From: an uncultured Chthonomonadaceae bacterium
GTDB taxonomy: Bacteria; Armatimonadota; Chthonomonadetes; Chthonomonadales; Chthonomonadaceae
Direction: 5' to 3'
Assembly (NCBI GenBank): GCA_963835065.1
Contig: CAWIEK010000049.1
Span: forward strand, 160,001-224,000
Length of the DNA: 64,000 nucleotides
Shown: positions 19,712 to 30,573 of the stretch, piece after piece
Layout: the number at the start of each line of letters is the position of its first letter
Numbering within the stretch: position 1 is the stretch's first letter
Made by a program: the position numbers and the translations under genes
Notes under the pieces: model-generated
Seen by the model: only the letters and a program-made list of their open reading frames with translations
Databases searched by the model: none
Told to the model about the DNA's origin: nothing

Positions 19712-20881
19712 TTATTGCGCGTCTGAATCGCTGCCGGTGTGACGCGATTGCCATGCGCGCGCTCCGACAACGGCGAGAACTGCCGCCGCCTGCATTACAT
19801 AGATAATGACGGAAGAGATGCCGTAGAAGCGCGATAGATAGCCGCATCCTGCTGTCAGGCCGCCGAAGAACAGGGCGGAAAACAGGGTTCCAATGGGTTC
19901 CAAACCGCCGAGCAGGGCGACGGGAATGGCGGTATATCCCCATCCCGAAGAAAAGTTCGTGTCCAGACGGGCGCTGATGCCGAGCAGTTCGATTGCGCCC
20001 GCCATCCCGCACAATCCGCCGGAGATTAGCATGGCGCGGCATCGCAGTTGGTCCACAGGAAAACGGGCGACGCGGGCGGCTTCCGGGTTCTGGCCGACAA
20101 CGCGCAGGGCAAAGCCTGTTGTTGTTTTCTGCATCAACATATAAATGACGGGAACGGCAAGGATTGCGAACAGAACGCCACTATGCAGGCGGGTGTGAAT
20201 TCCGCCGGCAAGCGAGGGCGGAATCAGGCGCGTGAATAAAACGGCGTTGGGAAGCGGGTCGGTTTGTTCGCTGATATGCGCGCGTTCCTGAAGAAGTCCG
20301 CCGACAAGAGTTCCCACGAGATACAGCGCAATGTAGTTCAGCATGATGGTGCTGATGACTTCCTGTACGTTGCGCCGAACGCGAAGCCAACCCGCAATTC
20401 CTCCCCACAACGCACCCGATGCAATGCCTGCTATCAGCATGACGAGCGTAAGCAGCGGCGGAGGCAACGCGCCGGCGTATTTACCAATCGCAGCGGCGGC
20501 AAGCGCTCCCATGAGCAACTGCCCCTCGCCGCCGATGCTGAACATTCCCGCCCGCCACGCCACCACAACGCCCAATCCCGTGAGCAGCAGGGGGCACATC
20601 TTTACCAGAGTTTCCGAAAGGGCGTACCAGTGTCCATCCGCGGCATTGCCAACCGCGCCGATCCAAAGGCCGAGGAGCGCCTGACCGGGCGGAACGCCAA
20701 GCAACGTAAACGTGACAAGCAGCAGCGCAATCACTCCTAACGCGCCGCCGATGATGCGCAGCACAGCCAAAATAAGGAGCCGATACAGGGGAACGGGAAC
20801 AATGCTAATCTCTGCCGTGCCGGTGTCTTCCTGCAAGGCCAAAGGAGTATCTGTATCGCGCTGTTCGTCCAGATGGCTCAC
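19712..20881 (-). CDS. Nucleoside-type ABC transporter permease
   Basis: GMFSIGGEGQ, EVISTIMLNY, GYTAIPVALLG motifs. Confidence 0.9.
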   Translation of the reverse strand: MSHLDEQRDTDTPLALQEDTGTAEISIVPVPLYRLLILAVLRIIGGALGVIALLLVTFTLLGVPPGQALLGLWIGAVGNAADGHWYALSETLVKMCPLLLTGLGVVVAWRAGMFSIGGEGQLLMGALAAAAIGKYAGALPPPLLTLVMLIAGIASGALWGGIAGWLRVRRNVQEVISTIMLNYIALYLVGTLVGGLLQERAHISEQTDPLPNAVLFTRLIPPSLAGGIHTRLHSGVLFAILAVPVIYMLMQKTTTGFALRVVGQNPEAARVARFPVDQLRCRAMLISGGLCGMAGAIELLGISARLDTNFSSGWGYTAIPVALLGGLEPIGTLFSALFFGGLTAGCGYLSRFYGISSVIIYVMQAAAVLAVVGARAWQSRHTGSDSDAQ

Positions 20882-22522
20882 GGCATGGGTTCCGATGTGG
20901 GGTCAGTGACAGGCGGCAAAGACATGGTTACGCCGCCGAGCAGCAGGCCGATTTGGGTGGGGTCGTGTCCCTCTGCGTGATACGGCGTCAGGGTTCCGCC
21001 GGAAAGGATCGCCTGCCGGGTCGCAAGCGCGGCGAGTTCGTCAAGATCGGTTGAAATCAGGACAATGGCTGCGCCCTTCGCCTTCGCCTGCCGCAGTTGG
21101 GCGTGAACAAAGCGCGTCGCGCCAATGTCGAGTCCGCGCGTGGGGTTGACGGCAACGATCCATTCCGGCTGCGAATAAAGAGCGCGGGCAACGACAATTT
21201 TCTGCTGATTGCCGCCCGAAAGGGCAGACGCAGGCGTTTGCGCATTGGGTGTGCGAATGTCGTAAGTGTCAATCAGCGTTTGCGCCAGATGCGCGAGTTC
21301 TCTGCGCTGCAAAAACGGTCCATATTTGTGGGCAGGGTCGCGCACAGCATCGAAAAGCAGGTTTGCCTCCACAGAAAGCGAAGTCGCCAGTCCCGCCCGC
21401 CGCCGATCTTGAGGAATATAGCCTGTGCGCGGATGCGTACCTGCCACAAAAGGCTTACCCTGCCATTGCAAACTCCCGGACTCCAAAGGGCGTAAACCAA
21501 CAAAAACTTCCGCCAGTTCGGTTTGTCCATTCCCATCCACGCCGCCGATCCCTAAAATTTCTCCCGCCTGTACTTCTAAAGATACTCCGCGCAGCGCCAA
21601 CTCGCCCCGGTCGCCCCGAACATGCAAGGAGGAGGCAGAAAAAGAAGGTGTTGGGGAGGAAGGAAATGATGAGTGATGAATGATGAGTGATGAATGGGCT
21701 TCTGATTCATCACTCATCATTCCGCGTTCATCATTTCCTTCTGTTCCCTGTTCTCTCTCCTTTTCTCCTTTTCTCCTTTTCCCCTTTTCTTCCCCTTTGC
21801 CGCTCTCTGCAAAATTGGAAGCGCCTATCATCCACGCGGCGAGTTGGGGCGCGTTGGTATCCTGTACGTTGGTGGTGGCGACATTGCGGCCATGACGGAG
21901 GACAGTGACGCGATCTGCGACGGCCAGAATTTCGGCCAGTTTGTGCGCAATGAGGATGATGGAACGGCCTTCGCCGCGCAGTTGCTGCAGGACGGCGAAC
22001 AGTTCGTCTACTTCCTCGCGGGCGAGTACGGCGGTCGGTTCGTCGAAAATCAGCAGGCGGGCATTGGTGGCGAGGGCTTTGACGATTTCTACGCGCTGCT
22101 GTGTGCCAACGGGCAGGTCGGATACGCGGGACGAGTGAGGCAGTGTCCAGCCGAGGGAGTGAGCGCGTTCGAGGGCATATTGCGCCGCCTGAGAAACGCG
22201 GTAATGGCCGGGCTTGCCGCGAAAATCGCTGTCAAGCGCGAGGTTTTCTGCGACAGTGAACGCGGGCACGAGCGTAAAATGCTGATGCACCATCGCAATG
22301 CCGGCATTGCGCGCAAGCCGGGGCGTGGACACGCGAACCGGCTTGCCGTCAAGCAAGATATCGCCCGTCGTTCGGCGTGGTCAGGCCGGACAGGACGTGC
22401 ATCAGCGTGGACTTGCCCGCGCCGTTTTCGCCAAGCAGGGCGTGAATCTCGCCGGGAGCAATACTGAGGCTTACATTGCGCAGGGCGGTCACGGCTCCGA
22501 AGCGTTTGGTGATGCCGCGCAT
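20878..22522 (-). CDS. Dual-domain ABC transporter ATPase (apparent frameshift near 22365; in-frame repeat insertion in the linker)
   Basis: [22 protein letters not shown] read on the minus strand from 22528, continuing into ORF 20878..22356 ([19 protein letters not shown]). Confidence 0.88.
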
Positions 22523-22564
22523 TTCCAATACGTTTGATTTTATATCCGGGTTGGAAATTGTTTT

Positions 22565-22628
22565 ACCTCACCCCGGGCGTCCATTTATGGACACCCTCTC
22601 CTTGCCGCGCAACGCGCTAGGAGAGGGG
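22565..22628 (+). repeat. REP-like palindromic element, copy A
   Basis: acctcacccc...ccctctccttgccgcgcaacgcgctaggagagggg; near-identical copies at 41240 and 61494. Confidence 0.85.
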
Positions 22629-22691
22629 CTTCTCAGGTTCAACTAAGGTGGGACGACTGAAGAAAGAGGAACATGAATTTGAAGTGACGCT

Positions 22692-23783
22692 TCAGATGGG
22701 CAGTGTGCCGTCGGTAATCTTCTTTTGGGCGTCTTCCAGTTTCTTTTTCAAGTCTGCGGGAATTTTGTCGGCAAGCTGCGGGTTGAGGACGAAGCCGATG
22801 ACGCCGCTTTTCATGTCGTAGGGCGTCGTGGAGGCTTTGAACGTATTAGATTTAACGCTTTTAGCAATCGGCACGAAGGCTTTATCAATGTAAATGGGCG
22901 CGCTGGCGAGGATCACGGTTGGGGCGGCGGAATTCTGGTCGTTGTTGGTTCCGAGCGCGTACACGGTCTTGCCGGACTTGCTGGCGTCTTCAACGGCATT
23001 GAACACGCCTTTGGCGGCGGCGTCCACGTCCTGCATGATAACGTCGGCGTTCTGGCTGAGGAGGGCAGTTGTCTGATCTTTGGCTTTTTTCACGTCGTCC
23101 CAACTGCCCGTATAGGCCGGTTCCAGCACGGTTACGGTAGGGTCAACGGCTTTCGCGCCCTTGACAAACGCGGTGAACACGTCCTGCACCGGCGGAATCT
23201 TTTCCGCGCCCACGCAGGCAAGAATATGCGTTTTGCTCATGCCCGCCGCCAACATGCCTTCAAGGTACGCGCCATCCTGCAATTTCAGAATGATTGGGGT
23301 TGAGTTCGGCCCCGCTTTTTCGCCCGAAGAGATGACGAAAATAGTGTTCGGGAACTGCGCGGCGATTTCGGAGACTTTGGCCTGATACTCGTGTCCATGC
23401 GCAAAAATCAGGCTGTATTTTTTGCTGGCGAAACCGTTCAGGCTTTCGTCGCGGTCACTATCGGATGTACGGTTTTCATCTACGGACGCATCAGCTTCGC
23501 TGAGGTTCAATTCCTGCTTGACGGCTTGCAGTCCCTTGTACGCGCCTGCGTTCCAGCCGTTGTCGCTGGTAGGGCCAGAAGTGATGAGCGCCACTTTGAA
23601 ATCGCCTGCGCTGCCGTTCGCGCCGGTTGTGGGCGTGGTGGTTGAACCGGAAGTGGAAGGCGTTGCGCGAGAAGTATCAGGCTTTTCATCGGGTCGTCCG
23701 CAGCCGGAAAGGGCGAGGAAGGATGCGGCGCAAGCGAGTAGGAATTGCGAACGAGTAAATAGATTGGTGGGAAAGCGCGTCAT
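22692..23783 (-). CDS. BMP/PnrA-family ABC substrate-binding lipoprotein
   Basis: Lipobox LSGC; DNGWNAGAYKGL, YTGSWDD and GTNNDQ motifs. Confidence 0.9.
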   Translation of the reverse strand: MTRFPTNLFTRSQFLLACAASFLALSGCGRPDEKPDTSRATPSTSGSTTTPTTGANGSAGDFKVALITSGPTSDNGWNAGAYKGLQAVKQELNLSEADASVDENRTSDSDRDESLNGFASKKYSLIFAHGHEYQAKVSEIAAQFPNTIFVISSGEKAGPNSTPIILKLQDGAYLEGMLAAGMSKTHILACVGAEKIPPVQDVFTAFVKGAKAVDPTVTVLEPAYTGSWDDVKKAKDQTTALLSQNADVIMQDVDAAAKGVFNAVEDASKSGKTVYALGTNNDQNSAAPTVILASAPIYIDKAFVPIAKSVKSNTFKASTTPYDMKSGVIGFVLNPQLADKIPADLKKKLEDAQKKITDGTLPI

Positions 23784-23829
23784 GTCCAGTCTCCATGTGA
23801 GGATTGTAGTAAAACTTCTGTCTTCTTTT

Positions 23830-24864
23830 CTAAACCTTGTTCGGTTGTACATGCGGCAGGAGCAGCGAGTTTAAGAGCGCGTCCGGCGGCTGCGCGTGGG
23901 GCCAGGCAAAGGCGTGGCGGAACGCGGCGTCCTGACATTTGCGCAGTTGGGTAAAGTCTATGATGTCCTGCGTTAAAAGGTTCTCGAACTCGAAGGGCAG
24001 GCGCACGTTGTGCAGGCCGGGATTATCAGTGCAAATGGCGATGTCTACGCCCGCTTCTTCGCACTTGTCGAACACGGTGCGCAGGGCGCTTAATTCTTCC
24101 AGCGTACCGGTTTTCAGGTAGGACGTGGGGCACACTTCCAGGCATTGCCCGCGCTGCGCCACGTCGTCAAGCAGTTCGGGAAAGCGCAAGGGGATTTGGA
24201 TGCCGTGCCCGATGCGGTTCAGATAGGGCAGCAGTTGCGGGTAAAACCCGTTGGTTGTCTCGAACAGGTGACAGGTTGTTTTCAGGCCGAGCGCGCGGGC
24301 ATATTGAAACAGGCCAATAAATTCTTCCAGACGCGCGCCGTACAGCGTATCCGGGCCGGCAAGGTCTATGCCGCAGACAAACGAAGGTTCGCCGGCGGCG
24401 AGTTCCACAATAGCCTTGTTGACGGCATAAGGCAGGCGGCTGTGCATGCACAAAATCTGGCGCATCAGCAGCGGGTAATCCTGATTGTAACTGTTCGCGC
24501 CGATCATGCGAACGATGTCGCGCATTTGCGCAATCCGGTCGGCTTCGGAACGGTTCGGGTCGGTGCGGTAATAGGCGGTATGCCGCAGTTCCAGATACAG
24601 AATACCCTCGAACACATACGCGCCCCGTATCAACTTCGATACAAAATAGGGCAGGGTTTCCACGAGCTGAACATGTTCTACCATCGTATGCAGTTCCAGA
24701 AATTCCGTCAGAGTGGCGCGGGGATAAGTGACGAACTCCTCAAACTGCTCGTACTGCGGAAATTCCTCCGCTAAGGGATGCCCGGTACGCTTCAAGAAAC
24801 GCCAGAAAATACGGGGCACAACCGCTCCTCCGAGGTGGCGGTGCAGGTCGGCATGGAGAGGCAT
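23830..24864 (-). CDS. Adenosine deaminase-family amidohydrolase
   Basis: DLHRHLGG, GIDLAGP, CHLFE, RIGHG, LEVCPTS and TDNP motifs. Confidence 0.85.
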   Translation of the reverse strand: MPLHADLHRHLGGAVVPRIFWRFLKRTGHPLAEEFPQYEQFEEFVTYPRATLTEFLELHTMVEHVQLVETLPYFVSKLIRGAYVFEGILYLELRHTAYYRTDPNRSEADRIAQMRDIVRMIGANSYNQDYPLLMRQILCMHSRLPYAVNKAIVELAAGEPSFVCGIDLAGPDTLYGARLEEFIGLFQYARALGLKTTCHLFETTNGFYPQLLPYLNRIGHGIQIPLRFPELLDDVAQRGQCLEVCPTSYLKTGTLEELSALRTVFDKCEEAGVDIAICTDNPGLHNVRLPFEFENLLTQDIIDFTQLRKCQDAAFRHAFAWPHAQPPDALLNSLLLPHVQPNKV

Positions 24865-24878
24865 AAACGTGTCCTTGC

Positions 24879-25994
24879 TTAAACTTGGGAGCGAACAATG
24901 TTGTCATACACGGTTGCGATGTTGTTTATCATACGTTCGAGCGTGTAGAGTTGTTCAACCCGTCGGCGTCCCTGCAAGCCCATTTCACGGCAGCGGGCAG
25001 GCGCTTGCAGCAACATCGTCAAATTCTCGGCAAGCGCGGAAACGTTTTCGGGCGGAAAGAACAGGCCGGTTATATCGGGAACGATAGTTTCTGCCAGTCC
25101 GCCAACCTGCGCGGCAACGACAGGTTTACGCGAAGCCATTGCTTCCAGAGCGACAATTCCCTGACCTTCCTGACGAGAAGGCACGGCGACAACATCAGCG
25201 GCGCGAAGGATGGGAACGACATTATCCACTCTGCCGACGAAGTGACAGGCGACGTTAAATTCAGACGCAAGGGCGCGAAGCGTTTCCAGTTCCGGGCCGT
25301 CACCGGCAATCAATAAATGCGCGTCAGGCAGTTCATTGCAAACAGTTGCAAACGCGGCAAGGAGCAAGTCAAACCCTTTTTCATGCGATAAGCGCCCGAT
25401 GGCGACTATTAACGGAGCCGTGTTGGGAATGTGGTATTGGGCGCGAATGTCCGTTGTATCGGGCGGGTCGAAGGCCGCGAGTGCAACTCCGTTGGGAACA
25501 ACCTGTATTTTCTCGTTCGGCAGCCCTGCGGCGGTCAGCGTGTCCGCAACGGCCTGCGAGACGGCGAGAATACGCTTTGCAGAGCGTCCGATGGCGCGGA
25601 AAAGAATGCGCTGTAAACCGCTCATCGGCGGCACAAGGTTGTGAGCGGTAAATACAGACGGAACGCCTGCCCGCTTCGCCGCCAACACGCCGATCAGCGC
25701 GGCGCGTAGTCCGTGCGCGTGAACTAAATCAGCCTTGCCCCTTAACTGCTTTGATAGGGCATAAATCAGGCGTAAATCTGCCGCAATGTTGGTACGGGCA
25801 CTGATGGCAACCGGGTGCAAAATCACGTTCGGCGCGGCAGTGTCCAGCGTGAAGTCAGCCGGGGCATACACTGCTGACACGAACCGCTTACTATCCAGCC
25901 CCGACGCCAACAGTGAGACGTGACGGCGGATACCGCCCTCGGCAGGCCGCACCACTTGCGCCACGCGGACAATAGAATTGTTAGTGTTCAGCAT
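24879..25994 (-). CDS. Glycosyltransferase family 4
   Basis: GGIRRHV, HAHG, GRLSHEKG and PSRQEGQGIVALEAMA motifs. Confidence 0.92.
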   Translation of the reverse strand: MLNTNNSIVRVAQVVRPAEGGIRRHVSLLASGLDSKRFVSAVYAPADFTLDTAAPNVILHPVAISARTNIAADLRLIYALSKQLRGKADLVHAHGLRAALIGVLAAKRAGVPSVFTAHNLVPPMSGLQRILFRAIGRSAKRILAVSQAVADTLTAAGLPNEKIQVVPNGVALAAFDPPDTTDIRAQYHIPNTAPLIVAIGRLSHEKGFDLLLAAFATVCNELPDAHLLIAGDGPELETLRALASEFNVACHFVGRVDNVVPILRAADVVAVPSRQEGQGIVALEAMASRKPVVAAQVGGLAETIVPDITGLFFPPENVSALAENLTMLLQAPARCREMGLQGRRRVEQLYTLERMINNIATVYDNIVRSQV

Positions 25995-26037
25995 ACCCCA
26001 TTCGCATTAGATTGTGGATGGCGGAAGAAGAGTTGTA

Positions 26038-26065
26038 AACCGCGAAACACACGAAATAAACGAAA
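26038..26065 (+). repeat. Degenerate 10-mer triplet repeat (ACGCGAAT family)
   Basis: aaccgcgaaa-cacacgaaat-aaacgaaa. Confidence 0.5.
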
Positions 26066-26130
26066 AAGAACCAAAAACAGGAAAGCAGAGACGCCCTACG
26101 TGATTAAACCTGAGTCAAAGGTCATGGTTA

Positions 26131-27183
26131 TCAGCGAGGCACTTCGATACTTTGAAGGATGGATTCTATTACGCGGTCGGTGGTATAGCCTTCGATTTCG
26201 GATTCGGCGCGAAGCATCAGGCGGTGACGCAGGACGGGAGGAGCCATTTGCTTCACGTCGTCGGGCGTCACAAAGTCGCGCCCACGCATGGCGGCGAGCG
26301 TTTTGGACGTGAGCAGCAGGGTAATGGCGGCGCGGGGGCTGGCTCCAAGCGTCAGATGCCGGTTGTCGCGGGTAACGCGAACAATCTGCACCATGTAGCG
26401 CTGAATGGCGGCATCCACGCGAACGCGGTCAATTTCGGCCTGATAGCGTGGAAAATCCTCCATGCGCAGGGCGGGCAGGATGTTTGCCGCATCAAGATGC
26501 TGGGAACGAAAGCCGCTTTGTACGCGGGCAAGGATGTTTTGCTCGTCTTCCATGCCGGGATAAGAAACGACAACTTTGAGCATGAAGCGGTCCAGTTGGG
26601 CTTCCGGCAGGGCATACGTGCCTTCGTACTCAATCGGGTTTTGGGTGGCGCAGACGAGAAAGGGGGCGGGCAGGTCGTGCGAAACGCCGTCAATGGTGAC
26701 GCGGCGTTCCTCCATCGCTTCCAAAAGTGCCGACTGTGTTTTGGGCGGCGTCCGGTTCACTTCGTCGGCCAGAACAAGCCCCGCGAAAAGCGGTCCTTTC
26801 TTGAGGTTGAACTGCTGAGAGCGCGGATCGAAAACGCTTGTGCCCAGAATATCGGACGGCATCAGGTCGGGCGTGAATTGGATACGCGCAAAAGACGTGT
26901 TGAAAATGCGGGCGAGGGTGCGGATGGAAAGGGTTTTCGCCGTGCCGGGAACGCCTTCGAGCAGCACATGCCCGCCCGCAAGCACGGCAACCATGAGCAT
27001 CTCTACCAGTTCGTTCTGCCCGACAAGCGTTTTGTGCATTTCGTTCGCAATGCGTCCGGCCAGTTCCCGCGTGGTAGAAGGCGCGGAAGCGGGAACGGAA
27101 GCAGGGAAGGCAGACAGATGCGGCAATGGGGCAGGCGAGGGGGCAAAAAAAGGTTCTGGCTGTGCATCACTGGTATCGGGCAC
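26131..27183 (-). CDS. MoxR-family AAA+ ATPase
   Basis: [48 protein letters not shown]. Confidence 0.95.
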   Translation of the reverse strand: MPDTSDAQPEPFFAPSPAPLPHLSAFPASVPASAPSTTRELAGRIANEMHKTLVGQNELVEMLMVAVLAGGHVLLEGVPGTAKTLSIRTLARIFNTSFARIQFTPDLMPSDILGTSVFDPRSQQFNLKKGPLFAGLVLADEVNRTPPKTQSALLEAMEERRVTIDGVSHDLPAPFLVCATQNPIEYEGTYALPEAQLDRFMLKVVVSYPGMEDEQNILARVQSGFRSQHLDAANILPALRMEDFPRYQAEIDRVRVDAAIQRYMVQIVRVTRDNRHLTLGASPRAAITLLLTSKTLAAMRGRDFVTPDDVKQMAPPVLRHRLMLRAESEIEGYTTDRVIESILQSIEVPR

Positions 27184-27441
27184 GTTGAAGTCTCCTGAGC
27201 AGAATATCTCACTCGTGTGAATTTTAGCGTTCTTGACTGTTACGAAATTGGAAGCAGAAAATTTCAGACGGGCATAAAGTGCGGCGAAGGGGATTGATTA
27301 ACCAGCATATCGCAAATCAACATGCGAAAATCGCAAAAATTGTTTGCCAAATAATGCAAATACCTTGCAGATGAAAAACTGTTTGTGATACCATTCTTTC
27401 ATTCAACTTCCCACTTGTCTTTCGTCACGAAGGAGGATACA

Positions 27442-29355
27442 ATGAAACGTATTCTGCTGTCTCGCTGTCTGCTTACTGCTCCCACTCGCATTTTGCTTTC
27501 CACTTGCTTGTGCTTATCTTCGTTACCCTTGTTGCCTGGAACAAGCCAGGCGCAGACTTCTGCCGCCGCGCAAACTCCCGCTGCTGCGCAACCCGCTTCT
27601 GCTATACCGGCCTCAGATACAACGCCGGCCACTTATAACCTCACGCCTCAGATGCGCTCCCAAGATGCCCGCCTGAACACGCCTGTTACGCTGGATGCGC
27701 CGCGTATCAGCCTCGGAGAACTGCTGGACAAACTCTCGGAACAAAGCGGCGTCACGCTGAATATGGATACGCGCGACCCCATTTCCGGGCTGAAATTGTT
27801 TGTGGTGTGCGACAAAACACCCATAGGTGATGTGCTGGACAGGTTATGGTCTCTGTTGAGTTTCCGGGATGCCACCTGGAAGTGGGAGCGCACGGGCAAG
27901 ACTGGCGCGTATCGCTACCAATTTATTCAGACGCGCGCCGCCGCAGGCTTTCCGCAACGCATGAAGCAGTTGGCACAAGAAGCGTTCGAGACACACGCCG
28001 CCAACATGATTGCCATTGCTGCCTTACCTCCCGAAGAGCGTAAAAAACACATCGCCGGTATGTCGGCTACAATGCTGCAAAAGGATGATGTGATGGCAAA
28101 GCGCATGACTGACAAAGATCGGTGCAAGCTGGAACAGCCTGCGCGTGTTCGGTAGGCGCTCACGCCGCCGCAGCAAAAGAGCGTTTTGCGTGGCGGTGCC
28201 TTACATTTCACGGTGGAGCAACTGCCTGAAGAAACTCGCGCCGCCTTCCACACGGAATGGGTGCAGTCCAATCCGCGAAATCGAATTCTACCGAATGGAC
28301 AGCGGATTCCTGAACCCGAACCCACCTCCTACATGTTTGAACGTCATGACGGACTTGGCATCCGCTCTCTGATCTCCTTGATGTATATTACGACGGCTCC
28401 CGTAACGCATACCGATGCGAACGGCACGTCAAGCGGCATTCGAGCATGGGTGTTTTGGGAGGCGGCATGGAAGATGGGTATGCGCGGCAAAGTGGAGGAT
28501 TTGTGGATGCTTCCCGGTGACAGCAGGAGCAACGCGCTTGCCGAACGCATGTGCGAAAAGCCGGCCATGCCCATCCCCGATTTGCCTCCCACCCCAAAAA
28601 CCATCGCGGAATACGAAGAAGCCATCAAGCAGGGACGCCAGTTCACTCCTGCCTCTGCCCCGCTCAAATTCCAGCATCGCTTCGGACAACTCGCCCATGC
28701 CCTGCCGATCACAATTTTGGGTGTCCTCCCTGACCCCAATGATCAAGGCTATGATCCCACGACGCCTTACAACAAGCCCGTAAAGACGTTTTTGGCGCAG
28801 GCGGCGCGTAACGACGAGTTTACTACCCGGCGTGACCTGCTGTACAAGTGGCGGGGCGACACATTGCTTGTGATTTACCCAACGTGGTATCTGGATGAGG
28901 AGCGCTGTTACCCCTATGCTCTGGCGCAGCAGGCGCAGCGCGCCGCCCGCAACGGCTTTATTCCTTACCGCGATCTGATACAGATTGCCGCGCAAATGAC
29001 CCCGGAGCAGTGGAGCGACTTGTGCCGCAACACGCCAATTCTCAACGACATGGAGGGCGCGTTAAACCTGCTGCAACTGTGCGTCGTATATCCCGGCCTG
29101 CTGCGCGACACCGGCTTGACCCTGACAGACGAGAACCGGCAGGCGCTGCAAAACATCGCCACTGCATCCCAATACCGCCTTTTGCAGGATAGCAATGCCA
29201 CCGCCGTACGCGCTCAGACATATGAAGCGCGTCCTTTACGGCGTGAACAGATCGGAACTTCAAGTGCAGTACCTGGATGCCGACAGGAAGTGGAAGCCGC
29301 TCTTAGGCTATGTGCAGAAACAAGCCGTACAACAATGAGTATGCGCCACTTGTAG
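27442..29355 (+). CDS. Secreted hypothetical protein with an STN/secretin-N-like segment, frameshifted (ORFs 27385..28155 and 28186..29355)
   Basis: SD aaggagg, signal peptide, DARLNTPVTL..SLGELLDKLSEQSGVTL; coding-like sequence continues across the frame breaks; true 3' end uncertain. Confidence 0.55.
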
Positions 29356-29364
29356 GAAACTGCC

Positions 29365-30573
29365 TCATCCCAACTCAGGCATGTTTTTGTACTTGTGCAG
29401 TTGTTGCGCCAACGTGAGCATATCCTGTGCAGGTATGCGCTGTCCGGCAGCCAGTTGGTCGCATTGTTGTATTAGTCGGCTTAGTTCGCCTGCCTGCTGC
29501 GGGAAGCGCTGCGCGACGCGCTGAATCAATTCAGGCGTGGGCAGGTCGGGCGGGGCGTCTAAGACGCGAGTCAGGGCTATGCGAAAGTCTTGATACAGCG
29601 TTTGAATGACGAGATCGGTGGCTTCGGCGCGTTGATACCAGCGGGCGAGGGAATGGACGTATTCTTCGCTGGAACGATAGGGAACAAGGGGAAGCGGACG
29701 CGCAATCCCGAATCGCCGGTTGCCGTTGTAAACGATCAGCAGCAGCAGCAGGATGAACGGCCATGCGGCGAGTTTGATCGGCCGGGGCAGGGTGGAAATC
29801 CAGTTTTGCTGCGCGGCGTTTGCTATGTCAAAGCCGACGCCGTGATGGTATTCGTCGAAGGCAATCGTTTTGTCACTGCCGTTGACCGCTGCGCTTGCAA
29901 TGTTGGCGAGAAACACAACGTTGTCGGCTTCATTGATGCCCTTGTTGCTGACCATTGCGGTATCGGCGACAAGAATGACGTGTCCTTTGCCCAATGGTTT
30001 ATGGGCGGCGATGATTCCCTGATCGTCCGCAAACAGCGTCTCATAATGGGAATCGGGAGCGGGCTGCAAGCGCGCGGGACTGGCAACTGTAATACTGCCG
30101 ACATTGCGGGTATAAGGCAAGGCGGAAGCGGCAGGCGGAACCTGATTGCGCGTGGGGCGGGCGTCGGTCACTTCGATGTCGCCGGCAAGCGTGTCCTGCG
30201 GGTCGAGCGGGCGGGCCGGTTCAGAAAGAAAGTAAAGCGTGGTTCCCCCGGCCTGCGTCCAGTTTCGGAGCGCGTTTATCTCGTTTTGATCGGGCTGCCG
30301 CTTTTTATCAAGTTTTTCTACAATGACAACCATGCCGTCTGAAGAACGCAGGTCGTACCACGGAGAGGTCAGGCGGCGCGCGGGAAGCGGTATGGTTTCC
30401 AGCAGGGCGTACAGGGCTTTGGAACCGGCGGGATTGGCGTTAAGGCTGCTGGCGGATGTGCTTGTCACGACGGACTGCCCTGCCTGTTCCGCAAGCAGCG
30501 CGATAACGAGGAATACGCCCAACAGCACGGCGATGATGCCGTATTCCGGTATGTGGCGGCGCGGCGTTGTCAT
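29365..30573 (-). CDS. DUF4350 domain protein
   Basis: SSLNANPAGSKALY, LGKGHVILVAD, FDEYHHG and RRFG motifs; MoxR-cluster context. Confidence 0.8.
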   Translation of the reverse strand: MTTPRRHIPEYGIIAVLLGVFLVIALLAEQAGQSVVTSTSASSLNANPAGSKALYALLETIPLPARRLTSPWYDLRSSDGMVVIVEKLDKKRQPDQNEINALRNWTQAGGTTLYFLSEPARPLDPQDTLAGDIEVTDARPTRNQVPPAASALPYTRNVGSITVASPARLQPAPDSHYETLFADDQGIIAAHKPLGKGHVILVADTAMVSNKGINEADNVVFLANIASAAVNGSDKTIAFDEYHHGVGFDIANAAQQNWISTLPRPIKLAAWPFILLLLLIVYNGNRRFGIARPLPLVPYRSSEEYVHSLARWYQRAEATDLVIQTLYQDFRIALTRVLDAPPDLPTPELIQRVAQRFPQQAGELSRLIQQCDQLAAGQRIPAQDMLTLAQQLHKYKNMPELG

